Part shown: piece by piece, positions 61,953 through 64,000 of the stretch | Numbering within the stretch: the first letter of the stretch is position 1 | How the letters are laid out: each line of letters starts with the position of its first letter | Assembly: GCA_038087875.1 (NCBI GenBank) | Contig: CM075988.1 | Location: 7,380,001 to 7,444,000 of the forward strand | Direction: 5' to 3' | Length of the DNA stretch: 64,000 bases | DNA from: Malacoraja senta | Taxonomy: Eukaryota | The notes under the pieces: model-generated | Told to the model about the DNA's origin: nothing | Seen by the model: the letters and a program-made list of their open reading frames with translations, nothing else | Database searches by the model: none | Position numbers and translations under genes: made by a program

Positions 61953-62420
61953 AGTTTAGTTTATTGTCATGTATTGCGAGGTACGGTGAAAAGCCTTTTT
62001 TGTTGAGTGCTGGCAAGTCAGCAGAAAGACAATACATGATTACAATCAAGCCGTCCACAGTGTATAGATACGGAATAAAGGGAATAACATTTAGTGCAAG
62101 ATCAATTCCAGAAGAGCCCGATTAAAGATAGCTTGAGGGTCCCAATGTGGTAGATGATAGATCTGGACTGCTCTCTAGTTGGTGATAGGATGGTTCAGTT
62201 GCTTGATAACAGCTGGGTAGAAGCTGTCTGTATGGAGTTTGCATGTCCTCCCTGTGACCGCGTAGGCTTTCTTCGGGTGCTCCGGTTTCCACCCACATTC
62301 CAAAGACGTGCAGGCTTGTAATTGTAACTTGCCCCTAGTGTGTAGGATAGTGCTAGTGTACAGGGGTGATCACTGGTCAGCGCAGACTCGGTGGGCTGAA
62401 AGGCCTGTTTCCGTGCTGTA
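61953..62420. mobile_element. Rex1-type 3' fragment (minus, 61953-62218) followed by a headless HE1-type SINE (plus, 62224-62420)
   Basis: tttattgtcatg...ggttcagttgcttgataacagctgggtagaa (minus: YPAVIKQLN), then SINE core. Confidence 0.75.
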
Positions 62421-62444
62421 GCTCGAAGATTTAATCCACTGTTA

Positions 62445-62692
62445 AGGGCCTGTCCCACTTGCCGATTTTATCGCCCACTGCCGGCGTCATTAACTGACGT
62501 ATCAGGGCCGCCGAAAGATTTTGAACATTTCAAAATCCAGCGGTGACGAAAAAAAATGTTGCGACACTTGAGGTAACACTGCGCGTCAATACGACGTCAC
62601 GCCGGATCACGCCGCGACTTTTATGGTGACCTGATACGTCAGTCAATGATGCCGGCAGTCACCGATAAAAACCGCCAAGTAGGACAGGCCCT
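62445..62692. mobile_element. Non-autonomous PIF/Harbinger-type MITE 4 (248 bp)
   Basis: TTA TSD at 62442-62444 and 62693-62695; imperfect TIRs of about 60 bp beginning AGGGCCTGTCC.ACTTG.CG.TTTT. Confidence 0.9.
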
Positions 62693-63762
62693 TTACCTTG
62701 GAAAATAAAATCTGAAGATCCCCTAAAAACATCCTATCCATTCCTTCCACAGATGCTGCCTGCCCCGCAGAGTTACTCCAGCACTTTGTGTTTTGCCTTG
62801 CAAAGTAAAGTTGAACTGGAGGCACTTTTCACGATGAAGATTGGGAGCTGTGGGTGGAATGGTGGCAGCAGTGATGCAGGCATTATAGTTCATGGTTTAG
62901 GGAGTGGAACTGCAGTGTTGTGATCATATGTGGCAGAACAACAGCCGTCACACAGCCATTTCCACAGTCAGATTAAATCCAAGCCGAGGAGGTAATTTCC
63001 ATCAGATCAGAATTAAATGGTTCTGTGTAAACAGGTCTTTAGAGAGTCTGGGAGCTGTGTTGATTTGATAATGATTCTATTAAAACGAGATGCTGTGGGC
63101 ACTGGCAGTGGCACCTCGCTGCTTTGCTATACGAATGTAAACTTTGAAAGCGTTTGGGTGGCTGCGGGAGGCAAAGATAATTGGCCGGGCATTTGATTGG
63201 GTGATTAGGCCGAGGCTATGATGGTGATTCAATTTGCATTATTTATTCATATAGTGTCAAATCGCTGCTTTTAGACACGATGCATTTTACATTAGTCGTA
63301 TAATGAAGTGAAATTAAATGAAATGTATGCTTATATTTGAAATGTGTTAACATTTGAAGCATGAACACTATAATTACCAGTGGCATTTGTGTCTTTTGAA
63401 AGCACATCTACTAGTAATTCTGGCTTGCAGCCACCCTTCGGGGGGGGGGGGGGGGGGGCAATGGGGTGGTTGGGGGGAGGCAGTATTTGTGGTGTGGATG
63501 CGGGGATTGCGGGTGAAAACGATGGCAGTCGTATTTTGTTTGCAAAGTCAAGAATCAGTCTCGTGCTAATCTCGCGCTATCAATGAGTAGCAGTGTTTTA
63601 AACGTCAAACCAGCATCTACGCTTGCATCTAGGCCATTTGATGCCATTTGACATTTGATGCCATGTTCTCGGCCTTGCCTCTCCAAGGGCAAGGCACTAC
63701 ATTTATATTGTATGTAGGATACACAAAGAACTGCAGATGCTGGAAACTTACGTCAAACACTT

Positions 63763-64000
63763 GGGCGGTGGTGCAGTGGTAGAGTTGCTGCCTTACAGCG
63801 GGTTCGATCCTGACTATGGGTGCTGTCTGTATGGAGTTTATACGTTCTCTGAGTGACCTCGTTGGTTTTCTCCGGGAGCTCCGGTTTCCGTCCACGCTCC
63901 TAAGACGTACAAGTTTGAGGCTAATTGGGCTGGTAAAATGGTAAATTGTCCCTAGTGTGCATGGTGTTAGTGTGTGGGGATCACTGATTGGTGCGGACTT
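63763..64000 (+). mobile_element. HE1-type SINE running off the window end
   Basis: ggtggtgcagtggtagagttgctgcc head, ggttcgatcc B-box and core. Confidence 0.85.

Noticed and set aside
1..64000. The remaining 60-130 aa ORFs in the track as host genes
   Set aside because: Most fall in SINE, CR1 or PLE repeats or are antisense to them (for example the recurring CGRKPEHPEKTH peptides), and the rest have no recognisable domains.

Overview
Eukaryotic, repeat-dense, gene-poor DNA. The repeat mix (HE1/V-SINE-type tRNA-derived SINEs with CR1 tails, CR1, Rex1/Babar, L1, Penelope-like elements) points to a cartilaginous fish, probably a skate or ray; this is inference. No multi-exon host gene is supported. 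There is one candidate 64-bp exon and a few TE-free blocks that may be conserved non-coding elements. The main structure is a complete 8.4-kb provirus at 43381-51786 with 4-bp TSD AAGG, TG...CA LTRs of about 770 bp, a tRNA-Pro PBS and a PPT. It has a nearly reconstructable class I (gamma/epsilon-like) retroviral gag with MG start, WPxxG, PPxY, MHR and two widely spaced CCHC knuckles. Its pol is reduced to eroded protease and integrase traces, with no recognisable RT or env, so it looks like a gag-retaining non-autonomous ERV. The second theme is about 19 short Penelope-derived units, many with a minimal hammerhead-ribozyme core; several are palindromic and some have TSDs. A 5'-truncated GIY-YIG Penelope element with the same tail also lies in the window. 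Also present are four PIF/Harbinger-type MITEs with shared termini, an internally deleted Tc1 element, a 5'-truncated L1 with TSD, a young Rex1-type insertion and a perfect 14 x 24-bp tandem array. Coordinates of degraded repeats are approximate.
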